Source: the human T2T-CHM13v2.0 reference genome, Homo sapiens
Assembly (NCBI RefSeq): GCF_009914755.1
Contig: NC_060942.1
Reading direction: 5' to 3' (one strand)
Length of the DNA stretch: 64,000 nucleotides
Shown here: positions 42,375 to 57,900 of the stretch, piece by piece
How the letters are laid out: every line of letters begins with the position of its first letter
Numbering within the stretch: position 1 is the first letter of the stretch
Position numbers and translations under genes: made by a program
Notes under the pieces: generated by a model
The model's input: the letters and a program-made list of their open reading frames with translations, nothing else
What the model was told of the DNA's origin: nothing
Database searches by the model: none

Positions 42375-42830
42375 TGCTAGTCCACCTCACCTGGAGGATG
42401 GTACCCATTCCGGGCCACTAACTTGAGGAAGGCTGGAGTGTGACCAGGATAGAGAGGAGTCTAATGTTTGACATAAAGACAGCTGGAAAAGGACATGAAG
42501 AACAGGAGGCTCAGGGAGGTGTGGTTGTTACCTGCAGATAGATGAAGGACTGCCACGTGTAAGAGGAAGTTATTTTGTTTTCCCTGCATTGCTATTAAAG
42601 GTGGGAACTAGAGAAAATTGAATTTCAGCTCAACCTAAAAAGAGAACTCTTTGAGCAGGGAGTAGGAGGCACAGTTAAAAGAATGTGCAACCTACTGCTG
42701 AATGCTGTGCACGTAAGCTAGAGTGAAACCCCGTTGGTCAGAGATTCTGTAGAAGGAGGTCAGCACAAGACACAGGGAACTGGACTCCATGACCTTTAAG
42801 GTCCTGTGTAACTGTGATTCCAGGTGTCTT
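42375..42830 (+). mobile_element. L3/CR1 fragment (related piece at about 40560-40660)
   Basis: gatagatgaaggactgccacgtgtaagaggaag...atttcagctcaac...gacctttaaggtcc is CR1-like. Confidence 0.55.
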
Positions 42831-43366
42831 TGATTCTAGGGGCTCAATGGTTTGTCATGGACTAATTACCAACTTTGCAGAAGGAATAAAAACATTTTGT
42901 TGAACTCAGGAGAACAAATCCATCATAAACCTTACCAAATGGATAAGCACAGATAGGCTGGGACATAGGAATAAGCCTAAGAAGACTGAAATGCCTAGAA
43001 GTTCTTTCCATATCACCATACAGTTCATGAGAACAACTTAAAATACAGCAATAAAACGCAATCACAGTAAATGGCCTTGCTGTGGCAGCTCTCTAGAAGG
43101 ATATCTGCTGATTTAAGAAGGCAGAACTCTGGAGGAGACCCCTGCTGTTTACATGGTTGTCCAAGTTAATTATCCCTGTACTTTCAGATGAAGTGAATGG
43201 TAATCTGTTTATCTAGGTCAAATAGTTGGAACTGACTCTGTCCCTTGACAGTCATATGAAAATACGTAGTGTTGTCCTTTTGGGCATTATAAGAAAGATC
43301 AGGTTAAAAAAATAGCATCCACTTCTTTACAGGCACAACATAGCCTTTATTTCTAAAGTACTCTAA

Positions 43367-43703
<337 letters not shown>

Positions 43704-44448
43704 AAAAATGGAAATTTTTTTAAAGACAGAAAGAAAAGAGATTTTAGTGGCTAATTATTTCCGTTTTTTCAATTCATGGTATATTTTTTGTCTTGAGTTT
43801 ATGGAATGTTTCCCCATAGAGATAATGAAAATCTGGCTTCTGGCCTCTGCAACCATTCTAAGAACAGCAAAGTACATACATGGAAGAAAGGATGGAAATA
43901 CCACAGAAAATTAGTAAAATGCTGATACTGGTTACCAGAACAAAGAGGGGTGTCAGAATGGAGGAAGAAACTTTATATGTCAGAATGTATCTAGGGGAGA
44001 TGTGATTTAATCTACAAAATAAAATCTTTGGGAGAGTAAAGTGCTACCTAATGGCATTTACCAGATGTCCTTTAAGGTTGATCTGATTTCAGATTAAGTC
44101 AGTCAGAGTGAGCTGGGGATACAGTAGGGGTGGATAAATCCACTGTGGGAAAAGTTAGGATTATCAGGGTACCTTTTGTGGGTGGGGGAGAAGGCTAGGC
44201 TTCAGTTTGACCCTTGAGGGATGGTGCCTTCAGGAAATTACAGAATTATTGAGCTTCCTGAGCTACAAACTTCCCTTAGATTATGTCCCTTTGAACTACT
44301 TATTCTTTACTACCTAAATCCAATGTATTGAACATTGTTGAGCACCAACTGTACAAGTCATGTTGTAACCATACATGGGCAGGCAGGGGTGACTGGAAGA
44401 CTAAAACGTGGTCACTGCCATCTTGGAACCCTAGAATGATAATGCTAC

Positions 44449-44616
44449 AAGACCTTGCTACTCAAAGTACTGTCTGTGGACTAGTGGCATCAGCATTATC
44501 TGGAATATTCTCAGATGTACAACCTCAAGCCTGTCCCCAGACCTACTGAATCAGAATCTGCATTTTAACAAGATCCCCAGGTGATTCCTATGTCCATTAA
44601 CATTGGAGAAGCACTG
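44449..44616. mobile_element. MER5B-like hAT MITE
   Basis: gacctactgaatcagaatctgcattttaacaagatccccaggtgattc...gagaagcactg. Confidence 0.8.
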
Positions 44617-46666
44617 CCATTGGAGACCTCAGAGTCTCTAACCTCTCACCCTTCAGATACAAACCCAAGGCTCAGAGAAGTTAGGTGACTTGCTCAAGGT
44701 CACACCACACATTCATAGCAGCCAGGTTTAGAACATTTCTTGATGCTTCATCTGGAAACATATATTACAGGAAAAGAATGGATATGGGAACCAGGCAGAC
44801 CTGAATTTGGAAGCTGAGAGCCTCAGTTTTCTCACTTACGGAAACTAAGTTGCTTATACTTCCTCAAATATTCCTCAAGTATAAGCAACCTAGTTTCCAT
44901 AGGTCTCAAAAAATAAAATTTGATTTCAATTTTTTTTTTCTGTTCCCACCAGCACCTTCTGGGCACACATAGCTTCTGAAGAGGCCAGGTGTACAGCTGA
45001 CTTGGGATTGAGGGGTTCTCCACGTAGTGAGGAGTTTTGTTACAGAAAGAACGCAGACCGCTACCATATCTGCTGAAGGTAGGGTGCCCACATTGCTGCC
45101 CCATGATCGCTAAGACTGTTGTCTATGCTTTATATAGATCCCTGGATGTCTCCAGTCCTGTTTTCCAACACATGATCTTTATGGCAACACCACTGAGCTC
45201 GCTTTTGGCAGATTAATTGGTAGCGTTGTCAGCACAGCTACCTTTTATTGCCAATAAACTTGGGTCCCTGAGCGCTGTGGCCTTAATTATTTGTTATTTC
45301 TTTTTCCAAGAGGGATAAAGAATGTTCTGCTTTTTTTTAAAGTGTCTTTTGCATCAGGACAAGACCCTGAATAATTCACTGAGGAATTTACCATATGGCA
45401 GTGAGCAGAAGCGCTTTAGAGAAAGCAAAAAATTAGCAGACGACAGCACCCTCTACTAGCCTTTTCCCTTTTCTTTATACTTTCATTCCTTCTTTCTCAT
45501 CTCCCCATCAAAAAAATTAAACGAAAATCATACTTAATGGCTAGAACTCCATTTTTTTTTTAATGGCAGAGAATCAGTGGCTTCCAATTTAAGCCTAATG
45601 ATGAAATTTCCACCAGTAAAATATGGTGGACATGTTTGAAGGCGTCAATGACATAGTGCAATCCTTCTGCGATGATTTCTCACTTAATACTTGAGAACTG
45701 CTCAGTCTCTCACGGCAACATGGATTCAGATACAACCATATACGGCTGTGTATTTTCATAACTCTTAAAAATAAATATGTACGCTAGGAAAATTTGGGAT
45801 CTTTGTTGAGAGAATTTAAAGTTAGGCAAAAAATCATTTTGATGAGTGTAATCACTGTATAACCCAGTGTGTAATTTTAAGACGCTTCACTAGCTTGTGG
45901 GGCTTATCAGAATATTTTTCCTTATGTACGACAAAACTGGGACCACATTAAGCAAAATTCCACTGATTACTTTTTATGCAACTGAGAAATTGTCAGTTCA
46001 GCCAATTGCTAGCTCTCTCCAATACTTGGGATCTAGGAAAAATTAATGCATGGGGAAGGGAACACAAAGTCCGTTTTGGCCTATAGTTTCAGTATCTTCC
46101 CCGCAAAACAGTTTACGGAATTGGCTAGTAGGCAGACAGATGTAAGCTGCACCTTCTTTCATTTCTACCTTCTTGTCAAGGGGCTAATGAACTGTAAAAC
46201 AGCCCCAACTAGACAGCAGGAGGGGTAAGGAACAAAAAGAACTTGGTAATAAACCATCTACATAATTGGTTCTTGAAAGAAAATCAAGCTTAAATATTAA
46301 TATTTAAGGCTGTTAGTAGCCCTCAACTTCCACAATTGCAAGACACATCAGCTACTTAGTATACTATTTTATTATAGTCAAATACCACCTCATTTGAAAT
46401 AGAGGCCTAGATTGATGTTTCAGTCAGAGTTATCCGTATAATCTCTAACTAAATCCGCCTAATTGGATCATCTGCAATGGCTCCTTTGGCCATTAGTCTT
46501 AATTAACGTGGCACCATGGTTACTGCACATGCTCACTGGCTTTAAAGTAGCAGCTAACCTGATCATCTATCAGCCTCTTTATGAAACGATTCACTTGTCA
46601 AGTTTCTGTATGCGCATGGGTCTCTCCAAATGCCAACCACACATCAGTGATGTTTGTAAACTCCAG

Positions 46667-46768
46667 GATTTTTTGTTTCATTTTGTTTTTTTGAGACAGG
46701 GTCTTGCTCTGTTGCCCAAGCAGGAGTGCATGGCACGAACTCAGCTCACTCCCACCTCAGCCTCCTGG
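46667..46768 (-). mobile_element. Severely 5'-truncated AluJ-like fragment
   Basis: Only the 3' part of the right arm is present. TSD gtaaactccag at 46656-46666 and 46769-46779. Confidence 0.8.
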
Positions 46769-47275
46769 GTAAACTCCAGTTTTGATAATGCTTAAGTCAT
46801 TTCATGAGCTACCTGTGGCCACCCAGGTCCCAGAGCTGGCATGTCACAGAAATGGACTAAACAGAGATGAGGTTGAAGAAACAACTGAAGGTAATCCTGG
46901 CAATGAAGAGGTGGATCTTAGGGTCTTCCTGCCTCCAACTCTGCACTGCTCTTCCTTCTCTGGAACCCTCTCTCCTTGTGTCCAAGTGTGCTCACATGGT
47001 GCCCTTCTCCAGTTCTCTCCAAGTACTTCTTCCTCCTATAACAACACTCCCTCTCCTGTGGAGTGTCTACATCAGGTGTGGGAAGGAAAGCAGCCCAGTT
47101 ACATTATTCACAATTCAGTGAATAATATTAACAATGGAAAAGATGAGCTTGTTGATACAATTGGATTTATAATTGATAGCATTCAGCTAAAGTAATTTTG
47201 CAAAGGAAGTTATTTCAGGCAGAATTAGAAAATAATTTTTGAAAAGTAGGGGATATAAAAAAATAAATGTCCATT

Positions 47276-47307
47276 ACACACACACACAGACACACACACA
47301 CACACAC
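47276..47307. repeat. (CA)n microsatellite
   Basis: Read directly. Confidence 0.85.
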
Positions 47308-47315
47308 GGCCATGA

Positions 47316-47660
<345 letters not shown>

Positions 47661-48527
47661 ACTGTGCAGCAATTTTTTTAAAAAAAGATATAGCACTATA
47701 TATACTGAAATGAAAACTCTCCAAGATACTGTAACAACAAGCCCCTTTTGGACTTCTTAAATCCAGCCACAAACTCACAAATAAGGTCATCCCCGGACTT
47801 TCTCCACTAATTCAGAATAATCCCTCTCTTTCCCCTACTCCCTGAGAGAATCAGGCTTACTCGGTACCACCCACAGACTCAAGCCTGCAGAACTCAGAAG
47901 AGTACTTCTGAAAAGTTGCTAGTAGTCTCTGAGCCCAACCAACAAACATTAGCGGCTTTCTCGTGGTCAAACCACACTCACAGATCTGGCCACAAAGGCA
48001 AATTCATTTTCCAGTGAGGGATTTACAAACTACATCTGTAGCTTTCTGATGAGTGACTTTTGTTCTAATTTTTGTTCTAATCTAAGGCTAAAGATAAGGT
48101 TCTGATGGAATTTTTTCTTTAATATTAAAGCATAAATAAACAAAACACAAAGCATTGAGCAAACACACTGAGACTTATTTCACAGTGCCATCTCAACCGA
48201 GGCAGTTCCCAGGACCTAGAAGTGCTTTGCCCAGCAGGGGGCTAGGTCCCCACCAATCACAGCTGCACTTCCCAAGAACAGGCCTCAGGTGTTCCTAAAA
48301 CCTGGGAAGGGAGGCCATCGTGCTGCCCAAATGTTGATTTGCTATAAAAGCAAAAAGATGGGCCATACCTCTCCTCCTTCGAGCTATTTCTGAAAAAGAG
48401 GCAGGATGACAAACTTGAGTTACACTCTTCCAAAGCAGAAACTACTGTCTGGGACTTAGCTTTCTGTTGTTGCTGTATGTTCCATTAAACCAGTTCAATG
48501 GGCTAAGGATCATTCAGCAAATAACTA

Positions 48528-48920
<393 letters not shown>

Positions 48921-51559
48921 TTAAGAAGGCCCTGTTTTCCTAATGTCCTTGTCACTGTTTAGCAGCAAGCACACGGGCACAGGGACACTCCTTGCCTGTG
49001 GGACAGACATCGTTCCCATAGCAGCAAACCCAAGTCTGTCAGGAAGTAACCAGGCAGCAGCTGTGGGCAGCTGTGTGCCCATGGGGAACTGGTCCGCTCT
49101 TTTTTTCTATTACTTTTTTTACAAAAACCTGAATTTCCGGTTTTATTACAAAGCCATTTCTAAATGATGGGTTTTCTAAACCAAAGTCTCAGATTTGGCT
49201 GTCAGGGGGTCTTATTCCTATCGCCTTAACGTGAGGAGGGCTATTGGTGTGTAGCTTCCTGCATCTTGTAGACCCAGTCTCTGAAAACTCTCAATGCTTT
49301 GAGCCAAAAGAGACTCAGGAGATTACACATTCTCTTATTTTAGGAGTGTGTGCAGGTGCCAACTGGAATGCGGTGAGTGGTACTGTGTGTGCGCAAACAG
49401 AGAAGAGAACAGGAAAGAACATTTTACCCTCCACAATTTGGGGGTGGATTGCTTTTTGAAACCTTTGGCAAATAATTGCATCAAAGTGTCTCAGTTCTTC
49501 AGCGAATACACATGTGTTGTGGTACCAGGTCCACCTATGGTACTGAGGTCCGGAATCTCCTCCCTGACTATAAATTGGGGGTTTTTGTTGTTGTTGTTGT
49601 TTTGGTTCTATACTGAGCACCTATGGCTCTCTGGTTATAAGTACTCTTGTTGATTGGGAGGAGAATCCTGTCTTTTGGGACACTAGTTTATAATTTAGTG
49701 CACTGTGGCAGCAGAGCTATCAATGTCTGAATTTATCTCCCATCTTGGTATTTTCAGGGGGAACCAGAGAAAACAGTCTATATCCACCAATTCTCCACCA
49801 CACACCAAGTTATTTTTTAGATGTTTAATGAAAATGTTGGCAGGAGGTGGCAATAGTTATTTTTACTTAAGTATAGCACTCAGAAAGGCAATCTTTAAAA
49901 CCTAGAGTTCAAGTTTATCCTTATTATTTACAATGAGTAAGGACTTTTGGGAAGATCTGGCTATTGAATATCAACAGGTAAGATTATTTAAAGTTCCTAC
50001 AATGATTGTGAAAATAATCTCGCATTCTGCTGAGAATATCCTCATCCACAATTCATACGTGGCATCATACTTTGCATGTTTGGTAAATAAAGGGTGGAAA
50101 GAACAAATCTTTGGATTGTCTCTACTAGCCAGTGTATACCTGGGGCCATTCATGGGATCCAGGAACCAGACTGTGCCTGTCTCTCCGTGAACAAAGAGCA
50201 TCCTTGGAGCATTCTTGCCAATCAAATGGATGCTTTTTTCTAAGTTAACTGCAGAAAGCCTTCCCTACCTACAGTGTTTGTAATTTTTCAACTTGTGCTA
50301 CTGTAGCTTGGTACCTGCTGGGCATGGCTATCATTACCTACAATTCACTACTCTTCTGGATAACTCGCCTGAACCTTGAAAGGTAAAAAATAACTGCACT
50401 AAAATCAAAAGACCTGGGTTACAATTCTGGTTTTGTCACCGAACATCCATGCTAACTTGATCAAGCCTTAGTTTTCCCATCTATAATGTGATAATCACAC
50501 GACTCCTGTACAAGGTTTTTATGCAATTTAAATTACATACTGGATGGGAATATAGTTTATAAATTATACCATGTTATATAAATATGTAGGATTTGGTATT
50601 TGGTGAAACTTACACTCTCTTTTAGCCCCCATTTCAGATGCTATTTGGTGAAATGCCACACCCTTGTCCCAGCTTTCTGGACCCAGGTTTGTGCATCACA
50701 CAATTACTTCAGCTACTAAGGAAAAAGGGCCAAATCTCAAAAGGTGCTTAGCCCACAGTTTTACTCCTAAAATGTGAGGGCCTTTTATGGGCCCACTTCC
50801 AGCCTAGAGTTCACAGCAAGACATGTGCTGTCAGGGCAGGAAACTTTACTTAACAACCTAGCCCTAATGCAGGCCGGTTTGAGCTGAGCCATTGGACTGC
50901 ACTTAGTCCAGAATGACCGGTTACTTCTCTTCCATGACTAAACATCTTTGGAAAAGATTCTTTTCTTTGTTACATAACCCAATGTTCAGACTCCTTTGTT
51001 CTTGAGGTCTTCACCAATGAATAGAAGCTCAAGTTCATTGCCTGCTACCTAATGCTTTTTAAGAGCCCTGTTGTAAGAAATAATATTCATGGATGATTGC
51101 CTGAAAGATATGAAGAACATCCATTCCTCTAGATACCCTAAGTTGTATTCACACATCAAGCCAAACCATCAAAAAACAGCAGGCTTAGGCTGAATTGTTC
51201 TGGTCCCATGTAGAGCTGCTTTTACTGAATTACACTTTGGCAAGATGCCATTGGCTCGCACTGAGGGACATTACAAGAAACAGTCTTATAAAAATTGCTA
51301 GTGCGGGGATATTGTTGAAGATATTTCCACTGTATCCCATCTTGAGCCTCTGAAGAGAATCAACAGAGAAGTGTCCCTTGGCTCTTAATTCCAGAAGAAG
51401 CCTGTTTCTCTCGAGCATTTGGCTTTTCTCATGTAGGCACAGCAAATTTCATATTTCCCTTTTTTCTTTGGTATCTAGGGAGCTCGGAGTCAAATCTTCT
51501 TCCCACCTCTAACAACTGTACATAAACTGTATATAAACAAGCCACTCTCTACCATGAAT

Positions 51560-51910
51560 CTATGATCCCATCACACCGACCTGCAACATTCCTTGAATCT
51601 GCCATGCACTTTCATGTTGCCCTGCGTCTGCCTACGCATGTTCCTCTGCCTGGAATACCCTTTGCCTGTCTTTTAGATAAGTGAAATCCTGGCGGAACTC
51701 ATAGCTCCTATCTGTGCCCGTGTGGCCTTTCATCCACACCACCAGTGTAGCACTTATCATAATATATTCCAGCAGACTATGTACACGTCTGTGCCCTTTG
51801 CTAGATCATAAATTCCTTTCAGGCAATGCCATGTACGTTTATCTTTGTATCCTCAGTTCCAGATGCCTAATAGATGTTCAACAAATGTCTACAAAATTAG
51901 TGAGTAATTG
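51560..51910 (+). mobile_element. L2 3' fragment
   Basis: gcatgttcctctgcctggaataccc...ctagatcataaattcc...gatgttcaacaaatgtc. Confidence 0.65.
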
Positions 51911-54900
51911 AACACTCCTGTTCCAGCACCAACATGAAGGAAACTTAAGATGTTTGTTACAAGGTTAATATCAAAACACATTACACTGTTTACATAGGCT
52001 TTGTGGAGGTGGTTGCTGGAGGTCCCGGGTGCAGGTGGTGGCGTCTGTCTTAGAGAAGACCCCAATCTCCAATCTTGCTTTTGGAGACAGGAATAATGGG
52101 ATGCTTTTTTTCCTACAATGTTTCCCTTATAGCATTTTATACTCAGTCAACTTCCAGCAGCTTGTCCATTGATGAGGCCAACACCAGAAAAGCAATTGAG
52201 TAAAGTCAGAAATAGAGAAAATTGTGCCCAATTCTGTTTTGTCGTTCCATAGGACAGAGGACAGGAGTCCAGAAAGGAGGGTGGGAGGCAACCTGGTACT
52301 GGGGTCAGTGTGGGTGTAAACACACATGAATGCTGAGGAAATTTAAGATCAGCAACCAATTATTTGATCCATTTTCTAACCCCAGAGGGGGCTGGAAGTG
52401 GGAATGATGCTATCACAGCCTCCCTTGTTCTTCTAGTGCTAGAACAGTGGGTTTCTCGTTTAAGAATCCAAAAATATCCATTGGGTGATGTAATACCACA
52501 TGAAAATGGCATCATGGTGTTTACAGCAGAATGTTGTATCAAAACATATTCGAAAGACATTGCAGAGCAACATTCAATACAGTGAACTGAAACTTTTGAC
52601 CTTGAAGGTTTCCCATTTTTGCTTCTTGCTTTGGTGTCTGCTTTTCTTTGAAACTGCATAGTAAAACTAATGGGATTATTATTGTTTCAACGGGAGGACC
52701 ACTGAGTCCAATATCTTCACTTTATAAAAGAAAAAGCTGAGGCCCTTTCGAAAATACTGACTTGGCCAAGGCTCCATAATGAGTTGTCCGCAGAAGCGCC
52801 ACTTGACTCCCAAGCCTACTGTTCTTCCCATGACACCATGCCAGCTGCCTCTTGGTAGTGATCAAACAGAAACTAAGTACAAATAATGAGAAGCTTCTGG
52901 GAGAATACACCAGTCCACTTGTTTCCATGTTGATGCCAACTCAGTAAAAACAAAACAAAACAAAACAAAAAAAACACCTGGTATTGAAGTCCTAATGGAC
53001 TCAGTTAAAGGTTTGAGCAAGTGATTAATGAGTACAGTGATAGCAATTAGAGGTTGCAAAGAGATGTTGTATCTTCAAGCTTGGCATCTGGGACTGGTTC
53101 TGCCAAACACTCTGGGAAAGCCTAACATCTGTTGATCCAGTTGCTGGAAGGAGACAAGGTGAATGAAAGCCAAGTGTGGAAGAATGCAGCAGAAATTTAG
53201 GACTCAGACCTCACGCTCTGCTGATGAATGTGTTATGTATGTTGCTTGGCAACTGGCACATGGCATGCATCAGCAAAGACACTCAGGGCTTTTGCAGTTG
53301 AGCTGGGAGGGCACAGGGCCCTCCAAACTGCACATTTAGTTGAGAGTGTTATGAGGAAGGCAAGAGAGTTGGTGCCTTGTAGTTTTAATTCTGGCACAAC
53401 AGACCCTCTCATCCCATTTTTGGGAGGCCAGGCATACTCAGCACAGGGGACAGGCTCTTGAGAGAGTGTACTAACTCAACCCCTGCGAGCACTGGACCTT
53501 TTGGAGTTTCTGATGGCCTTTTCAAACGATAGAAACAGGGATAATAATCCTTCCCAGAAAAATGTGAGGTTAAAAGTTTAATCTGAGTTCACAGCTCATG
53601 CATTCCAAGAGGGTACTGTACTTGGGGAAATTACTCACCTAGAGTTTATATAAGTTCCGAGGCGATTAGAGTCAGCCGACAAATTGGAGCCAGAGCACGT
53701 TTACATTTGAGACTTAAAATGTAGATTCCTCTTACGGAAAGAAAGAAGTGGGGAAAATGTCACCCATCACCCAATGTTTCTTGTTAAAAGACCAGGTCCC
53801 ATTAGGTGTCAGTCCATTGACTCAAAGAGTGTAGAAGATGCCAATCCCCAATTCCCCCCATCCATCCTCTTGAAAAGCACATGTCACATCTGCTTGCTAT
53901 CAGCATTTATCTCGCAGCGTGCGTCTGACTCATTTGGAAAATTCAAAGCACATGTTTATTCCTGCTGTGGACCCAGCCATTACTGTGCAATTTACAGGCC
54001 CTGTGCGACCCAGAGCACACAATGTGGTGGAGAGCGCTGCCAAGGAGCTGCCCCAGGCTCTTGGTGCTGCTAGGTTTGATTACTTTGCTATCAGCTTTGT
54101 AAATGGAGATGGCACCCCTCAGCCTCTAGTGAGCTCTCCTGTCACTTCCTAGCCTGAGTCACAAAGAACCCTTTCCTTCTTTGCCAGTTGGGGAAGGGGA
54201 GGATCCCAACACCGGTGTGTTTGGGAGAGTGGCAGCAGGTAATGAGTAAGAAGTACAGGGCTCCTGAGTTTCTGCAAACAAACAGCATTTGTGCAACAAC
54301 TCAAAAAGTCCTGGTCACAAAACAAAACTGATGTGCTTTTTCTCCAAATCCCTGCAGTCTCAGAGCCTGGTAATTGCAAACATTTTCACATCAGCTCCTC
54401 TCCACCATCCAATCTGACTCCAAGTGGCTTCTCTAACAACACCGAATCTACTAGCCAGGACTTACACAACCTACTAACCTACTCAGTGGCTTCTCCAATA
54501 ACATGTACTGATTTCATCAGGGCCTACAGAAGCCATATTATGGGTTGAAAAGTAAAAATTCATCCAATTTAGGGTTTTCTCCACTGAATCTCTTTTTCTG
54601 GTTTTGGCTCTATTCTGCCAAAATTTACCACAAGGCCCTGGCCAAGGCCAGTCAACATAGATGTCTTTGTGTGAGTTAGAAAAACGTGTCCCCTCCAGAT
54701 GGACCAGCCCTTCTGGAAGCCTTTCTGCAAAGCAAAACCTGCACAACTGACAACTGAATGCAGCCGCCTTGGCAAGAGCTCATAGGCCTTTTCTTTCCAG
54801 AAACCTTGAAAAGTGACGAGAACTCTAAGGTTTGTTTGCCTTAACTGGGAAAGGCCACACTTGGATGATTAAATGCAAGAGGCCAAAAGCTTGAGTCAAA

Positions 54901-57900
54901 ACCCACTCTCCACCTTTGCCTGTGTTCTCAATGTTGGACTGCACTGAGGGCAGGTTGGAGAGGCCAGCCTGGGTGATGTACACCACCCAGGTCCCACGAA
55001 TGCATCTCCTACCACCATCTGTCAAGTGACCTGGAATGCCCAGTCAGCTCTGGAACCAGATCTTGGATGGACCTTGTTGCTTTGTTGAGTTTGTGTCTAC
55101 TTTCCCTGGATCCTTCCTTAGTTCTGTGTATCTATAGAAAGACAAGGAGATTTCCTGTCCTTCTGATTTGTACAGTATGTCCTCCAAGTTCTTTCCCTCT
55201 TATCTGTGGCTTCTATCATCCATTCAGACTTTGTTTGCAGGCAGGTTTGTCCTCTGAGGCCACCACCCCTACTTTTGAACATCAACCTTAGTCAATGACA
55301 TTCCCTAAGCAGTAGGTTCCAAGCATTTTGAACATACACCCCCACCCCATGCTCTATTTTATTCATTATTTATTTGGGACCTAATAAATTATCTACACAG
55401 GCCATTATCATTACTTAATAGTCCAAGGCGCAAAATATACTTTGAGTGTAAGATATATGATAACAATTATAGATGTAGATTTTTCATCCCTGTGTCCTAG
55501 TTAGATTTTTATAATTTTGAAGGGTTTTTTGTTTCTTTGTTTTGGCCAGCTGCTTGGCACATCAGATCATCAGTCTTTCTTTCTTGTAATGGTGTCTGGC
55601 AAAGAGCTTTTGGGAAGGGGAGCAGAAGTGCTACCTTTGCTGTTTTTGTCAGTTTGGTTTTTTGGGTGGCCTGTGTTATTAGTCTATCTTTAACCCATGG
55701 TTTCTTCAGAGGAGGCTTTTTAAGCCATGTGTCCATCTTGTGAAGGTTAAAGCTAGATAATACCTCACTGATAGGTCCATTTAACCCGGTACAAGTATCC
55801 AGGTCCACTAGACTCTCTGCCCTTGAATTTGAGAACTTGTAGAAAAGGCCAAAGATTGGCCCATTCAGTTAGGGTTAAAATCGTGTCACCCAGCCAGGAA
55901 AAAATGTAAAGGATTTTGGAGCTGCCAGAGAAGGATAGTTTCACAGTTGATTCCATATCTACACCATTTCTAGTTTAGAGAACTTTTTAAAAAGGGAAGG
56001 GAAGTTACAGATACAAAATATGTCCAAATGTCTTAAATACTTACACAGGTCCATGGCCCAGGTCTATGACCTAACTTTCTATGTTACCAAAAAAACACAA
56101 AAAACAGCAAAAAGCAGAACATGTCTTCATGCATCTTTGCCTCACAGGCACTTTCAAGAAAGCATCGAAACTACGAGAAACTGGAGAAGAATATGTTGTG
56201 TCTCTTCCCATTAGTCCACACTGCTTCTTATTCAGCAGAAATATTATCTGCAGTCTTAATACCTTCAGTAAATGGATTTTGTCACCCCATAGTAGGTTTG
56301 AAAAAATTAGAGCCCTTATATACCTTTTTAATATCAAGGGTCACAATTTCTAGTCTCAGAAGAATTTTGTGACTTTATCCAAGAAAAGCAACCACCATCA
56401 AGATGAAAGGAACCAGCAGCAAATTCCCCTTTCCAACCACTTCTATGGTAAAAACACAAGATCAGCGCATTTCTCCAATGTTGCCAGGCAAGGATTTTCT
56501 GGAGCTGCTTCTCCAATGCTTGAAAACAATCGGCTCTTTTGAATGTGGTCCCCTCTCCAGGTCTGAGCCTCCCTCTGAAGGAAAGAAGCAGCTCTGTACA
56601 CTCAGCGGTCCCTGATGCAGGCAACTGACTGTCAGTGGGCCAGTCACAGGGAAATCTCACAGATGGGAAAAGCAAATTCACACTGCAGAAGAATTAGAAG
56701 AGTCTGCTTATAATGTGGGACTATCTGACTTAGTGATGTCTATAATGAACTTCAAAGAAGTCAACAATTATATAAAGAACAAGAAGCAAACTGACATTGA
56801 AGCCAACTGAAGACATGTACTGAGGAACTCCAAAATCTCCGGGCTTTTCTGGGGAGGGGAAATGTGAGCTGACAGCTTTGACCTCACGTTCCACATGCTG
56901 CTTCTTTTTGTGCTTCTTGGAGATGTTTATATATTGATTCTAAGTGTCCATGGACTTAAATAATACAAGAAGGAAAGAGGGAATTAAAAGCAGGTCTATA
57001 TGTAGTATCCAGATCTAAATCCTAACCTAAACACATCCAAATTCCTCTGATCTTGTTACCCATGTAATACAACAGAGTAGGTCCAAATAGTGCAAAGCAT
57101 TTTGGGACCACCCATGTACACTGGGCTACTCTGTCAGCAGCTCAAGGAACTGTTTAAAAAGCAAAGGAACCAAAAACAACACAAAAAAACCCCAATCTGA
57201 AACACTATCCAAAAAACGCACAGCGGTGTCTGAAGTTGAGATTTTTCTGCTACGTGGGTCTCAGGCTAAGCATAAGATGCTATTGATGGAATGAACTTCA
57301 GACTACTGGAATGGGCACCACCAGCACCACAGACCTTGTGTGTGTGGCAAGGGCCAGGAAAGCAGGCCAGAAGAGAGGCTTTTTGGAAGGGTTCTCATCA
57401 CTGTGTAGCGCGCAGCTCTGTGCCCCTGCCCAGCCACTCCCTGATAGCTGGAATCCTTCCTTGTCAAACCAGCCCCAAGAGCAGGCCACACTCTGCTGTT
57501 TCCTACCGTGTCATTCACTAATGTATTCATTTAGCAAATATTTATTGACCTCCTCCTAAGTGTCAGGCCCTGGGGATATGCTGGGGAATGGAGCACAGAT
57601 GGTCTCCACCCTCATCTGAAGCTTTTGTCTAAGTCTCCCTGGCAGGTTATTTGCTTGAGTTTTAATCTGAGTTAAAATGCAGCCGCTTTGGGGAAGAACC
57701 CTACTTTGTGCTGTTACCTGTTGTTAGTTCAACGGGGATGCGGAATTTGGGGTGGATGCCGAGCGCTGGGAAGGAATATGCCCTCGTTCCCCCATCTCCA
57801 TGACTACCACTGAAGGAAGGAGGCTGAGGGCAGATATGTGGTGAGGACTATGCTGGTGCACTTGGCAAATTTATTTTCATCTGCTTCACAGTTTGCTTGG

